Position numbers and translations under genes: made by a program | The notes under the pieces: model-generated | Database searches by the model: none | Told to the model about the DNA's origin: nothing | Seen by the model: the letters and a program-made list of their open reading frames with translations, nothing else | NCBI GenBank assembly: GCA_045636365.1 | Contig: JAZTXG010000012.1 | Coordinates: forward strand, 6,559 to 70,558 | From: Eubacteriales bacterium | GTDB taxonomy: Bacteria > Bacillota > Clostridia > Oscillospirales > QAKW01 | Reading direction: 5' to 3' | Length of the DNA: 64,000 nt | Shown here: positions 43,057-52,748 of the stretch, piece by piece | Layout of the letters: the number at the start of each line of letters is the position of its first letter | How positions within the stretch are numbered: the first letter of the stretch is position 1

Positions 43057-44664
43057 TTAGAAAATAAATCTTGCGGGGTTGACCTGCGATCCGTTGATAA
43101 TAATTTCAAAATGGACATGGGGGCCGGTACTGTTACCGGTGGACCCGATGCGGGCGATTTGCTGCCCTTGAGTGACGCTCTGGCCGGCACTGACCAGCAG
43201 CGAGCTGCAGTGGGCATAGAGGGTGACATAGCCGTTGCTATGGCGGATCTTGACACAGTTGCCGTAGCCGCCGCTCCAGCCTGCGCTGATGACGGTTCCG
43301 CTGGCGGAAGCGTAGATGGCGCGGCCGTAAGCGCCGCCGCGATAGGTCAGGTCGATACCTCTATGACCGGGGTAGCCCCCATAGGGGCAGGAGGTAAATC
43401 CACCGCTGATGGGGCGGATAAATGCGCCGGTTCCCGCCAAGGACGAGAAGGATTCGGGATAATCCTTGGTACCGACATAAAGCTCTCTGGTGACCGGCTC
43501 CTTGGTGACCACCGAGGAAATGATGTTGGTGGCCGACTTAACGCCGTCGATATAGGTGATCTCCGCGGTGACCACGCGGTTGCCCTTCTGGCCCGCCTTT
43601 TTCACCTTGGTCTGGTTGACATAGAGGGAGCTATCCTTATGACGGATGGTATTATATTGGATCTCTTCATCATAGGTAACGGTACGAACCACCTTGACCC
43701 CCAGATAGACATCCGGCTCGCTGATCAGCACCTTTTTGCCCGGCACCAATCGCCGCTCATCCAGATCGGGGTTGAGGAAATAGATCATACTGCGGGAAAC
43801 GCCGGTCTTTTCGACGATATCGCTGAGATAATCGTCCTCTTCGATGGTGTAATAGCGCGGGTCGGTAGACCCTTCAAACAACGCGCGCAACTGCGCTTTA
43901 TTAAGCATGGCATCGGGGGCAAACAAGCCGGTCCGCACCTCGACATTGCTCAAAAATTCGATCCGCTCGTCCTTCGCGCCGGTCTCATAGGGCGCTTTCA
44001 GCTCGTTGAGAACGGTCTCGATGGTTTCGCGCTTTTCAGCGGCGGCGATCAGCTCGCCATCCACATATAAGCCAAAATGATGGCCGATCTCTTCGGTGAC
44101 TGCGCGATACGCCTGCGCAAACAAGGTCTCTTCGCTGGCAAGCTGATTTTTCTTGACAATGGCAAACCGATACTCCGGCGCAGTGAACATACAATAGTTT
44201 TCGCCAATAGTCTCCGAAAGGCTTTGCTCCACCTCGGTGACCGCACCGGCGAACCGCGTTTCATTTTCCACATAGGTGACGGTGTTGCCGTTGATAGAAA
44301 CCTCCAGCGCGATGGCATGGGAATGGAAAAAGATTGCCGCGCCGATCAGCATCGCTGCGCCGAAAAAGGGCGCCCACATACAAAAGTCGGAGACAATACT
44401 GTGCGCCGCCCAGGAAAAGAACCGAACCAAGTGCAGATAGAGCCATTGGGAGACAGAGATGACCTTCTCACCAACCGCGCAGACCCATTCAAAAACTCGG
44501 ACAGGGGTGCATTTACTTAAAAGACGGATGATCGGCCAAAGCGTAAATCGGAAGATCCCGATGAAGATCTGCTCGATCACCCAACCGGTATTATAGATAA
44601 ATTTGCCGATGCCCCAAAGCACCGAAAAAATCACATTCCATACGCTCTTTACCGCGCGGTCCAT
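43057..44664 (-). CDS. Membrane-anchored LysM / G5 / M23 metallopeptidase (peptidoglycan hydrolase type).
   Basis: ORF track 43057..44673. GGAGGtgcatggATG favours a start at 44664. The LysM-like stretch is YYTIEEDDYLSDIVEKTGVSRSMIYFLNP. The G5-like stretch is VRTVTYDEEIQYNTIRHKDSSLYVNQTKVKKAGQKGNRVVT. The M23 domain shows HRGIDL and GSTGNSTGPHVHFEI. Confidence 0.8.
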   Translation of the reverse strand: MDRAVKSVWNVIFSVLWGIGKFIYNTGWVIEQIFIGIFRFTLWPIIRLLSKCTPVRVFEWVCAVGEKVISVSQWLYLHLVRFFSWAAHSIVSDFCMWAPFFGAAMLIGAAIFFHSHAIALEVSINGNTVTYVENETRFAGAVTEVEQSLSETIGENYCMFTAPEYRFAIVKKNQLASEETLFAQAYRAVTEEIGHHFGLYVDGELIAAAEKRETIETVLNELKAPYETGAKDERIEFLSNVEVRTGLFAPDAMLNKAQLRALFEGSTDPRYYTIEEDDYLSDIVEKTGVSRSMIYFLNPDLDERRLVPGKKVLISEPDVYLGVKVVRTVTYDEEIQYNTIRHKDSSLYVNQTKVKKAGQKGNRVVTAEITYIDGVKSATNIISSVVTKEPVTRELYVGTKDYPESFSSLAGTGAFIRPISGGFTSCPYGGYPGHRGIDLTYRGGAYGRAIYASASGTVISAGWSGGYGNCVKIRHSNGYVTLYAHCSSLLVSAGQSVTQGQQIARIGSTGNSTGPHVHFEIIINGSQVNPARFIF

Positions 44665-44758
44665 CCCATGCACCTCCTTTCAAAAGTTACAAATTAGTTA
44701 CAATGTGTAACAATCATACCATTTTTCGGTCAATTTGTCAATGGTAAATATTGTATTA

Positions 44759-44989
44759 TTAATGATGGTAATTCTTCATTAAATCGGTATAATATCGAAC
44801 TTCTTCCCGATACTTGCGGTATTGCGCCTTATTAAGCTTGCCTGCGGCATACAGCTCCTCGGCGCGCTTGCCCAAAAGCTTGCGGCAATCGTGGGCCTGA
44901 TCTTTATAGTTATTGGAAAGGAAGTTTTTCAGCTCCTGCAGAATGAAATCCAGCTCCTTTTGGGCTTTTGAACGAAAAAACAGCATCAT
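44759..44989 (-). CDS. Small basic helical hypothetical protein (76 aa).
   Basis: ORF with an ATGA overlap to the upstream DUF362 gene. I recognised no motif. Confidence 0.5.
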   Translation of the reverse strand: MMLFFRSKAQKELDFILQELKNFLSNNYKDQAHDCRKLLGKRAEELYAAGKLNKAQYRKYREEVRYYTDLMKNYHH

Positions 44990-46089
44990 TTCATCCTCAC
45001 AAGCTCATATTGTTGCGTCCCGATCCCCAGCTTTTCCGCGTGCTGGACGCAGGTGCGCCAATCGGTATTGGGATGGTTGGCGATAAAATGGTCGTGGTGG
45101 TGGGGGACTTCCGCCAGCTTGCTATTGGGCAGGATGGGCTGGTCATTGCAAAGGTCGGCGCAGGCGACATCCAGCGCCACAGGGTCGAAAGAAGCCAGCA
45201 TTCCCACATCCGAGATGATGGGCGCATCGTTCTCGCTATGGCAATCGCATTGGGGGGAAACGTCGCAGATCAGAGAAATATGGAAATGGGGGCGGCCGTC
45301 CAAAACCGCCTTGGTATATTCGGCGATCTTATAGTTGAGCAGCTTGCCGTCGCTATCGTGGGCGGCGACAATGGCATCCGCAGGGCATTCCCCAAGGCAT
45401 CTGCCGCAGCCGACGCACTTTTCGGGGTCGATGACCGCCTTGCCGCTATCAAACTGCGGCGCATCATGGGCGCACACCTTGGCGCAGACCTTGCAGGCGA
45501 TGCAATTTTTTGCCAACACCCGCGGCTTGCCGCTGCTATGCATCTCCATTTTGCCGGCGCGGGAACCGCAGCCCATCCCGATATTCTTCAGCGCGCCGCC
45601 GAACCCTGCCAGCTCGTGCCCCTTGAAATGATTGAGGGAAATGATGATATCGGCATCCATGATCGCTCTGCCGATTTTGGCCTCTTTAACATATTCCCCG
45701 CCGACCACAGGGACATAGGCTTCATCGGTCCCCTTCAAGCCGTCGCCGATCAGCACTTGGCAGCCGGTGGCAAAGGGGAAAAAGCCGTTGGCATAGGCGG
45801 TATCCAGATGCTCCAAGGCATCCTTGCGGCAGCCAACATAGAGGGTGTTGCAATCGGTGAGGAAGGGTTTGCCGCCCCGCTCCTTGATTAAATCCGCCAA
45901 GGCTTTGGCGTATTGATGGCGCAAAAAGGAAAGGTTGCCGTATTCCCCGAAATGCAGCTTAATTGCCACATACTTATTGTTGAAATCGATTTGATTTATA
46001 CCCGCTGTATTTGCCAGCCGTTGCAATTTGTGCATCAGCCCCTCGCTGCCGGTGCGAAAATCAGTAAAATAAACTTTCGATGTTTTCAT
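44986..46089 (-). CDS. DUF362-domain protein with a 2x[4Fe-4S] ferredoxin insertion.
   Basis: A 367-aa ORF. The N-terminus is VYFTDFR...VAIKLHFGE...FLTDCNTLY. The Cys motifs are CIACKVCAKVC and CVGCGRCLGEC. Confidence 0.7.
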   Translation of the reverse strand: MKTSKVYFTDFRTGSEGLMHKLQRLANTAGINQIDFNNKYVAIKLHFGEYGNLSFLRHQYAKALADLIKERGGKPFLTDCNTLYVGCRKDALEHLDTAYANGFFPFATGCQVLIGDGLKGTDEAYVPVVGGEYVKEAKIGRAIMDADIIISLNHFKGHELAGFGGALKNIGMGCGSRAGKMEMHSSGKPRVLAKNCIACKVCAKVCAHDAPQFDSGKAVIDPEKCVGCGRCLGECPADAIVAAHDSDGKLLNYKIAEYTKAVLDGRPHFHISLICDVSPQCDCHSENDAPIISDVGMLASFDPVALDVACADLCNDQPILPNSKLAEVPHHHDHFIANHPNTDWRTCVQHAEKLGIGTQQYELVRMK

Positions 46090-46101
46090 CCTTTTTTCCT
46101 C

Positions 46102-47049
46102 TCAAACAATTCTATTTTGCGGTGTTCCCGCAAAGAAACAACGGATATTTTCCGCGATGGTGGCAACGCACCGCGCGCGGGATTCAAAGCTGCCCCAGGC
46201 GTTATGGGGCGTCAGAATAACATTATCGCAGTCCAAAAGCGCATAAAAGGGATGGTTTTCGCTGAAGGGCTCCTCAGTATAGACATCGCAGCCCAGCCCG
46301 CCCAGCTTGCCCTGCAGGATGGCATCGGCGAGCGCTTGCTCATCGGTCTCGGCGCCCCGCGCGGTGTTGACGACAATGGCGGTAGGCTTCATCATCCCGA
46401 TCCGCTCGCGATTAATAAGGTTGCGGGTCTCCTCAGTCAGCGGCAGATGAATGGAGATAATATCACATTCGCGGCAGATGGTATCGATATCCGCCAAGGG
46501 GAATTCCCCCTCCTGCTTGCGGCGGTAGACCATCACCTCGCAGCCCAGCGCTTTGGCGATCTGCGCCACTCTGCCGCCGATGCCGCCGCCACCCAAAACG
46601 CCCCATTTCATCGAGGCGATATCGTGGAAGACCGGCTCTAGCCGATTGGCGACCCCGCCGGCGGAGTACCCGCCCGAATGGACAAAATCGCGGTATTCCT
46701 TCAGGTGGGTGACCAGCGCCAGCGCCATGCTGACCGAAAGCTGCGCCACACTCTCGCTGGAATAGCCGGGGACATTGCAAAGGGCGATTCCGCGGGACTG
46801 CGCGTAGGCGGTATCAATATTATCGTAGCCGGTGGCGGCCTCGCAGATGAGCTTTAGGTTCTTGGCTTGCGCCAAGTTCTCACCGTTCAGCCGCACCTTG
46901 TTCTGGCAAACGACATCCGCCTCCGCGACCCGCTCTGCCACCAGCGCGGGCGGGGTATTCTCATAGGCGACCACCTCGCCCAGCGCCTCAATGGGAGAAA
47001 GGTCGATATCTCTCCCCAACGTTTCTTTATCTAAAATGACAATCTTCAT
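46102..47049 (-). CDS. D-isomer-specific 2-hydroxyacid dehydrogenase (glycerate dehydrogenase / hydroxypyruvate reductase type).
   Basis: ORF track 46102..47199. AAGGAGaacctATG places the start at 47049 (MKIVILDKETL). Motifs: WGVLGGGGIGGRVAQIAKALG, and the LINRERIGMMKPTAIVVNTARG...TPHNAW region. Confidence 0.75.
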   Translation of the reverse strand: MKIVILDKETLGRDIDLSPIEALGEVVAYENTPPALVAERVAEADVVCQNKVRLNGENLAQAKNLKLICEAATGYDNIDTAYAQSRGIALCNVPGYSSESVAQLSVSMALALVTHLKEYRDFVHSGGYSAGGVANRLEPVFHDIASMKWGVLGGGGIGGRVAQIAKALGCEVMVYRRKQEGEFPLADIDTICRECDIISIHLPLTEETRNLINRERIGMMKPTAIVVNTARGAETDEQALADAILQGKLGGLGCDVYTEEPFSENHPFYALLDCDNVILTPHNAWGSFESRARCVATIAENIRCFFAGTPQNRIV

Positions 47050-47197
47050 AGGTTCTCCTTCATCACGCGTCCGTAGCATCGAAACGTGTTCGGTTCTGAA
47101 TTCTGATTCCTTATCTTTATTATACTTGATTTCAAACGGAAATTCAATCCTTGCATTCCGCGAGAAAAAATATCGAATTGCGGAGCAATATATCGAC

Positions 47198-47231
47198 AAA
47201 AAGGCACCTTCCTTGCGGAAGGTGCCTTTTT
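47198..47231 (-). terminator. Rho-independent terminator after the giant dockerin-protein gene.
   Basis: AAAAAGGCACCTTCCttgcGGAAGGTGCCTTTTT, 14 nt after the TAA at 47245. Confidence 0.8.
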
Positions 47232-47244
47232 ATTTGTTTAATTA

Positions 47245-50200
47245 TTATGCTGCGAGGGTGCGAACAAGCCATTCGTGAACGATTGCATAAACGTCAGCAA
47301 TCGCGAATTCGCCGTCCTCATTCATATCAGCATTCTTCATATTGATGGGTTTTGCATCAAGCTTTTCAGCCTTGACATACAATGCTGCGAGAGCATCGGC
47401 CAAATTAACATCGCCGTCACCGTTTGCATCGCCCAGGACACCGTCGAAACCAATGGTCGCAGTTGCGCCCGGAATTTCGATGGTGGTGCCTTCGGCATCG
47501 TTTGCTTTAGCACTCGCCACCTCAACTTTGAAGGTACCGCCCACGGCAGTAACATCTGCTGCGATGGTAACAGTTACGTCATCGCCATTGGAAACTGCAT
47601 ACTCGCCGCCGTTCCACTCAACACCATTGACATGGGTAATGGTATATGCGCCTTCGATGGTGAAGGTCAATACAGCAGTCGCCAGATTTTCAGGCAGGTC
47701 GATGACGATATCGCCATTTCCCTTGGGATTCAAGGTGATACCTGCTGCAGAAGCAGTGCCATGAATCTTATACTCTTTGACCAAGCAGCCTTCGTGTGCA
47801 CACTGTCTGTAAGACTTATTTGCATCGTCATCGTCTTCTTTCCAGCCTTCGCCGCCTTCGAAGTCATGGCCATTCTCTTTAGTTTCTTCGGCCTCTACCA
47901 TTGTGGGGTGAATCTCACAATCGAATTTCCAGAAATCGTTTTCGGTACAGTCTTCGTTGTGGACTTTTTTACCTTGGCAGGTTTCCTCATAATCGGCCCC
48001 ACAAGGTTCGCAATGAGCTACGTGTTTGCTCTCGCCGGTTGCCGAAATGGCGGAATCGTAATCCCAGTCTCTGGTGCAGCTTTCGGTCTTGGTATAACCG
48101 CAATCACCGCAAGCATAGGTATGCTTGTTTGTTTCATCCACATGGTTGCACTCGAGATTGGGATGTTCACAGACATCGATGGTTACAACGATAGCTGCAT
48201 CTTCGGTAACGGTCAGCGCGGTACCATCATATGCACCGCCCGAAGCGACTTCAACATTGACGATGGTTGTCTCGACACCATAGCCGAGTGCATCGCGCAG
48301 TTCCGCGTTTGTATATGCCTGGTTGGCATTGATATAGATGGTCTTGGTTTCCTCGCCAATGGTGGCTTCAACCTTGACAATCTTATCGGTTTCTGTACCG
48401 GTCGGGCGGATACCGCCATCCGCGGCCAGTTTGAAGTAGACGTCGCCTTCTGCTCCGGTGTTGGTTTTGTTGATCTCATAAGCTGCTGCACCTTCGGTCA
48501 TATCGCTATGAACCCAAGGATTATTTGCGCCGGCACCTGCGGTTGCACTTGTTCCAACACGATAGGATTGGGTGATATCCCCTACACCGTATACATTGCT
48601 TATATTCGCCGAGGCTGCAGTAAAGGCATCCTCGTCGGTAAAGCCAAACAGGTAAGCGGTCGCATTATCGGGATTTTTATTTGTCAGATTGATAACAATG
48701 TTTTTGAAAGAACCATTATCAGCCTGACCGGTGCTACGTCCGCCGTAAACACCATAGGCAACGTTTCTGTTGAAACCAGATTCATGGGGGTCTGTTTTAT
48801 TCACCGTTCCGTAGAAAGTAAAGCCGTCTACATTTACTACGGTTTCAGCATTGTCTGCATAAGCGCCTGCCAATGCACTAATATGATTACCTTTCACAGC
48901 CACAAGTGTTGCGCCGGACCAGACCTTATTAAAGGTCACAGTAGCTTCTTCATTAACAGCACCAAAGGTCGAAACGTTGGACGAAGCGGTGCCGGTAGTT
49001 CCGCGCATTGTACCGCTGTTGATACCAAATTCGGTAATAGTAGCTCCATCGAGAAGCGCAAACAGACCGACGTGGTTGTTTATATAATCAGCCTTGGCTC
49101 CCGGCTCGCCAACCTTAATGTTTTTAATATAAACATTCTCAAAGCCATAGCCATGACCGTTGATGGTACCGGCGAAAAATCTCAATGTACCGGCATCATC
49201 AGCATTACCCTTGCTACCCAGAGGCCACATATAGTCTGTATTTATTTCAGCCTCTTCGTCTTCGGTTGCAGCCGTATTATCTTGCGCGAAGTCGATATCA
49301 TCGATCAGGTGGAAGGTGGTATTTTCGAAATATGCACCTGCTTCGCCATCATTTGCTGCTTTATCCATTGCAAACCAGTCGGCTTTGTCTACGATCAGCC
49401 AGTTGGCTTTTGCGGGTTGATAATTCTTATATACATCGTAATCTTTGAAAGCGGGGATGCTATTCAAATATGTGGTCTCATCGAATGTCGCGGGCGCATC
49501 GTTGATCTCGATGAGCAAAGTGCCGCCGTTCATATGAGCAACTGCAGCTTCCAGCTCGGCCTTTTCTTCGCTCGTTGCCAACTCAAGCCATGCGTCCATA
49601 CCGATTTGGCCTTCGCCGGGAGTCTTGAAGTATTTAGCGTCGAATTTGGCGTTTGCCTGCAAAGCTTCGATTTCAGCAATCTTAGCTTCCAGTTGAGCTT
49701 TCAGATTGTTGATTTCTTGTTCATCATCGCCGATGGTGTAGGAAACGGTTACATCGCCTTCGATGAGATAGTTGCCTTCGCCATCCGGGTCGATCGGAGT
49801 AGGAGTTTCTTCTACGAGTTTAGAAACCACAATGTCTGTTGCACCGTTGGGAAGCAGCGCCGCTACGTCAACTGCAGCGCCAGCATTCGCATAGATGGGA
49901 TCTGCCTCTGCGTTGTTTTCCATAATGGCATACTTCACAATGCGGTCTGCTTTATCACCAAAGCGGATATCGCCGTTTTTGTTGATGGTGAAGTAGACCT
50001 CACCAATACCGCTTGCAGCGGGTTGGGCGTTGTTGATCTCCCATGCACCGATCTTATCGGAGTCAACTTCTCTATTGTTGACAGTTGTTCCTCCTGAAGT
50101 ATCGCCGCCATTTCGATAGATCGGGGCGCCTACGCTAAAATTATTGATCGCCACATAGTCCGAATACTTACTATCCGAAACATACAACGACATTGTGTCT

Positions 50201-52539
50201 GCAGGGGTACCCAGGAAAGTGGGCTTACTCAATGTGTTGTAAACATATACCGTTCTCAAGTACTGCATAATGCCGATCGCACTAGAGGATGTACTCAGCT
50301 TGCCAAAGAAATAAGCACCATTGATAGTAACCGATTGCTGCTGAGCGCGGCATACGATACCGGCAACCAAGTTGCCAGAAGATGTAATTGTTGCTCCGGA
50401 CCAGACTTTGTTAAAGGTGGGGCCGACCGAGCCGGATTTATTCGGGGCACCGAAGGTGGCAACATATCCTTCACCAGTGATACTACCGCTATCCACACCG
50501 AATTCATTGATGACCGCAGCCCCAGTCGGTGTATTGATCAAACCGAGTTCTGCGTCGTTGGAAGTAATGCTGATGTTTTGGAAGGCATTAAAATGCCCTT
50601 CAATGGTACCAGCAAAGGCACCGGTCACCGGTTTCATCGGCACTTCATTGAAATTGATATTGTCGGTTACGTGGAAGGTGTAACCTGCGAAGGTCTCTCC
50701 ATCTTCAGAAGCGTCAATCACCGCCAACCAGTCGTCGTCCTCGTTGATTGCCCAAACGTCGTTTTCGTTGTACTCGCCGAGGACATCAACCAAAGAATAG
50801 CCGGGGATCCGGTTCTCGGTTTCATTATAGGTTTCGTAGGTCTTCAGGGACAATTCATTGATTGCCTTAAGTTTTTCAGAAGCCGGAGCATTGCCGCTTA
50901 CTGTGCCTGCGACAGTTCCCAGATCAGCAGCCGACTCATTGGTCAGATAGGTCTCGTAACCATTATCCAAAATGGTTTGGTATTTTGCCCAAGCTTCAGT
51001 CACCTGCGTATTTTCATCGATGGTGACGGTGAATGTTGCATCACCTGTCAGCTTCCATCCTTCACCCTCTACAGTGGCACCGGTGATGTCACCAACAGTA
51101 ACCGCTTCTGCAGGAAGAGCACTATCAACGAGCTTAGCCAGATCGTCTTTTTTCAGTGTGTCGCCGTTGTTGACGTAGTCGAAATAATTATTCGTGCCGT
51201 CAGTCACCTTCACCTGAACGATTCTATTAGATTCTTTACCGGTCGGGCGGATGACAATGTTTTCGTTGGAGTCTTTCGTCCAGGTGTAGTAGACGGGAGA
51301 CATTGCTTCGCCCTTGGTATAGGATTTAGATACATATATATATTTTTTTACCGACGCAGTGTTACTATTGATCTTCCATGCGCCTTCTTCGGGGGAGCTA
51401 ACCGTCTCGCAACGTTCACCCAAATTTCTATCTGCAGTACAAGCCGGGTCAGTAAGGCTATAACAGTTTTCCAGCACACCATTGCCGTTTGCATGAAAGC
51501 CCGCTTCAATTGTTTGTACGCCGCCCTCGCCGACTGTAGAAGCGTCCAGCGAGTTATAAGTGGTTGTCGTGTTAACGTAACTTTGAAGACCGTAATTGCC
51601 GTAACTACCGGTCAGCTTACCGGAGAAATAAGCACCATTGATAGCTATATGGGTGCTTGCTATATGCCCTACAATACCTGTGGGCATGCCTCTAGTGAAG
51701 TTTTTTGAGGTTGCTACAAGCTCTGCGTTGGACCAAACCTTGTTTAATTCGGCATGTTGGTCAGCGGTTCCTCCAACCGGCTCGCCGAAGGTGGCGACAA
51801 TTACATAGGCCGCCTTGCCGGTCGCTGTAATGGACCCGCTATCGACACCGAATTCATTGATCTTAGCCTTGGGGCCCAGCTTACCGATCATACCGAGGAC
51901 ATAGTTGATTTTTTTAGTGTCATCTTTCAACTCGTATGTTACCGTGATATTTTTAAAGGCATACCCATGGCCTTCGATGGTACCGTTGAACGGACAAGCA
52001 GCGGCGTCACGCGCATCAGATGCGCTCAAGTTCAAGGGAGCCACCGGATCCTCGCCGGTAAAGTCAATGTTTTTGGTTACGTGGAAGGTGTAACCTTCAA
52101 ATTCGTTGGTGGCAGAAACATTAACCATCTCCCGCCAGTCTGCAGGAGCAGAGATGGACCAATTATTCCCCTTCGCGGCACTATAGCCTACCAAATCAAA
52201 CTCTTCGTGAAAAGCATAACGGGGATATTTTACGGAATCACCGTCGAAGTTCTTCCACTCGATTTTTTCCTCATCAAAGAGGCTATTCATCAGTTCTTCG
52301 ACGCTATCTTCCCCGTCGACATTATCGTCTTTTTTGTATTTTCCGGCATAATAAGCGTCTAAAACAGCCCCCATGTCCGGATCTGTGTTGTAGTCGACGA
52401 TTGCTTGGACAACCTTTTTCCAAGCATCTTCTTGATCTGGAGCCGCTGCGCTTGCGGGGATAACAAAGCAAGCCAGCATCGAAACCAGCATCGCAACGAC
52501 AGCCAAGATCGAAAGGACTCTTGTTCTTGTTGTGATCAT
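47245..52539 (-). CDS. Giant secreted surface protein (1764 aa): three GLUG/beta-helix-like modules, a Cys/His-rich segment, an Ig/cohesin-like module and a C-terminal dockerin.
   Basis: RBS AAGGAGG lies 9 nt before the ATG. Signal peptide MITTRTRVLSILAVVAMLVSMLACFVIPASA. The three modules are marked by GYTFHVTKNIDF...FNGTIEGHGYAFKNITV, GYTFHVTDNINF...FAGTIEGHFNAFQNISI and TTFHLIDDIDF...FAGTINGHGYGFENVYI. Each is followed by (I/V)(N/T)EFG(V/I)(D/N)SG(S/T) and FNKVWS. Confidence 0.9.
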   Translation of the reverse strand: MITTRTRVLSILAVVAMLVSMLACFVIPASAAAPDQEDAWKKVVQAIVDYNTDPDMGAVLDAYYAGKYKKDDNVDGEDSVEELMNSLFDEEKIEWKNFDGDSVKYPRYAFHEEFDLVGYSAAKGNNWSISAPADWREMVNVSATNEFEGYTFHVTKNIDFTGEDPVAPLNLSASDARDAAACPFNGTIEGHGYAFKNITVTYELKDDTKKINYVLGMIGKLGPKAKINEFGVDSGSITATGKAAYVIVATFGEPVGGTADQHAELNKVWSNAELVATSKNFTRGMPTGIVGHIASTHIAINGAYFSGKLTGSYGNYGLQSYVNTTTTYNSLDASTVGEGGVQTIEAGFHANGNGVLENCYSLTDPACTADRNLGERCETVSSPEEGAWKINSNTASVKKYIYVSKSYTKGEAMSPVYYTWTKDSNENIVIRPTGKESNRIVQVKVTDGTNNYFDYVNNGDTLKKDDLAKLVDSALPAEAVTVGDITGATVEGEGWKLTGDATFTVTIDENTQVTEAWAKYQTILDNGYETYLTNESAADLGTVAGTVSGNAPASEKLKAINELSLKTYETYNETENRIPGYSLVDVLGEYNENDVWAINEDDDWLAVIDASEDGETFAGYTFHVTDNINFNEVPMKPVTGAFAGTIEGHFNAFQNISITSNDAELGLINTPTGAAVINEFGVDSGSITGEGYVATFGAPNKSGSVGPTFNKVWSGATITSSGNLVAGIVCRAQQQSVTINGAYFFGKLSTSSSAIGIMQYLRTVYVYNTLSKPTFLGTPADTMSLYVSDSKYSDYVAINNFSVGAPIYRNGGDTSGGTTVNNREVDSDKIGAWEINNAQPAASGIGEVYFTINKNGDIRFGDKADRIVKYAIMENNAEADPIYANAGAAVDVAALLPNGATDIVVSKLVEETPTPIDPDGEGNYLIEGDVTVSYTIGDDEQEINNLKAQLEAKIAEIEALQANAKFDAKYFKTPGEGQIGMDAWLELATSEEKAELEAAVAHMNGGTLLIEINDAPATFDETTYLNSIPAFKDYDVYKNYQPAKANWLIVDKADWFAMDKAANDGEAGAYFENTTFHLIDDIDFAQDNTAATEDEEAEINTDYMWPLGSKGNADDAGTLRFFAGTINGHGYGFENVYIKNIKVGEPGAKADYINNHVGLFALLDGATITEFGINSGTMRGTTGTASSNVSTFGAVNEEATVTFNKVWSGATLVAVKGNHISALAGAYADNAETVVNVDGFTFYGTVNKTDPHESGFNRNVAYGVYGGRSTGQADNGSFKNIVINLTNKNPDNATAYLFGFTDEDAFTAASANISNVYGVGDITQSYRVGTSATAGAGANNPWVHSDMTEGAAAYEINKTNTGAEGDVYFKLAADGGIRPTGTETDKIVKVEATIGEETKTIYINANQAYTNAELRDALGYGVETTIVNVEVASGGAYDGTALTVTEDAAIVVTIDVCEHPNLECNHVDETNKHTYACGDCGYTKTESCTRDWDYDSAISATGESKHVAHCEPCGADYEETCQGKKVHNEDCTENDFWKFDCEIHPTMVEAEETKENGHDFEGGEGWKEDDDDANKSYRQCAHEGCLVKEYKIHGTASAAGITLNPKGNGDIVIDLPENLATAVLTFTIEGAYTITHVNGVEWNGGEYAVSNGDDVTVTIAADVTAVGGTFKVEVASAKANDAEGTTIEIPGATATIGFDGVLGDANGDGDVNLADALAALYVKAEKLDAKPINMKNADMNEDGEFAIADVYAIVHEWLVRTLAA
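47248..47433 (-). other. Type-I-like dockerin module (two EF-hand-like Ca-binding repeats) at the C-terminus of the giant protein.
   Basis: GDANGDGDVNLADALAALYVKAEKLDAKPINMKNADMNEDGEFAIADVYAIVHEWL contains duplicated D-x-N-x-D-G-x-x-x-x-x-D loops, each followed by a helix. Confidence 0.75.
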
Positions 52540-52617
52540 AAGTCACATCCTCCTTAAAATTATTGATTTTGTATATTTTTTGCATATTTGCAGATACAAA
52601 ACCAGTATTCTGACTTC

Positions 52618-52682
52618 ATTATAATAAAGTTCCGCCGATTTGCAAATTACCTTATGTTGCTTTTTTCACACGATTTGCATAC
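52618..52682 (-). promoter_or_regulatory. Putative promoter of the giant dockerin-protein gene, with the conserved upstream element (copy C).
   Basis: On the minus strand, TTGCAA is at 52645-52640 and TATAAT at 52623-52618, separated by a 16-nt spacer. The element at 52646-52681 is ATTACCTTATGTTGCTTTTTTCACACGATTTGCATA. Confidence 0.5.
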
Positions 52683-52748
52683 TTTTGGGCATTTTTTGGG
52701 ATTTTTTTTGAATTCTTGGCACTCTTTTGACAATTCTATACAAAAATA

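Noticed and set aside
42997-44070. A 357-aa plus-strand ORF. The same verdict applies to 8414..9118, 9146..9886, 10529..11134, 12023..12862, 15214..15957, 21800..22666, 34221..34958, 44968..45891, 45913..46641 and 63583..63936.
   Set aside because: Every one is on the opposite strand of a gene with clear family motifs, in GC-rich coding DNA where long shadow ORFs are expected. The last one is antisense to the edge-truncated rnfB.
47275-51708. Plus-strand ORFs of 940 aa (47275..50097) and 457 aa (50335..51708).
   Set aside because: They are antisense to the 1764-aa minus-strand gene, which has an RBS, a signal peptide, a modular repeat structure and a dockerin. The plus-strand products are Cys/Ile/Gly/Phe-rich nonsense with no start context.
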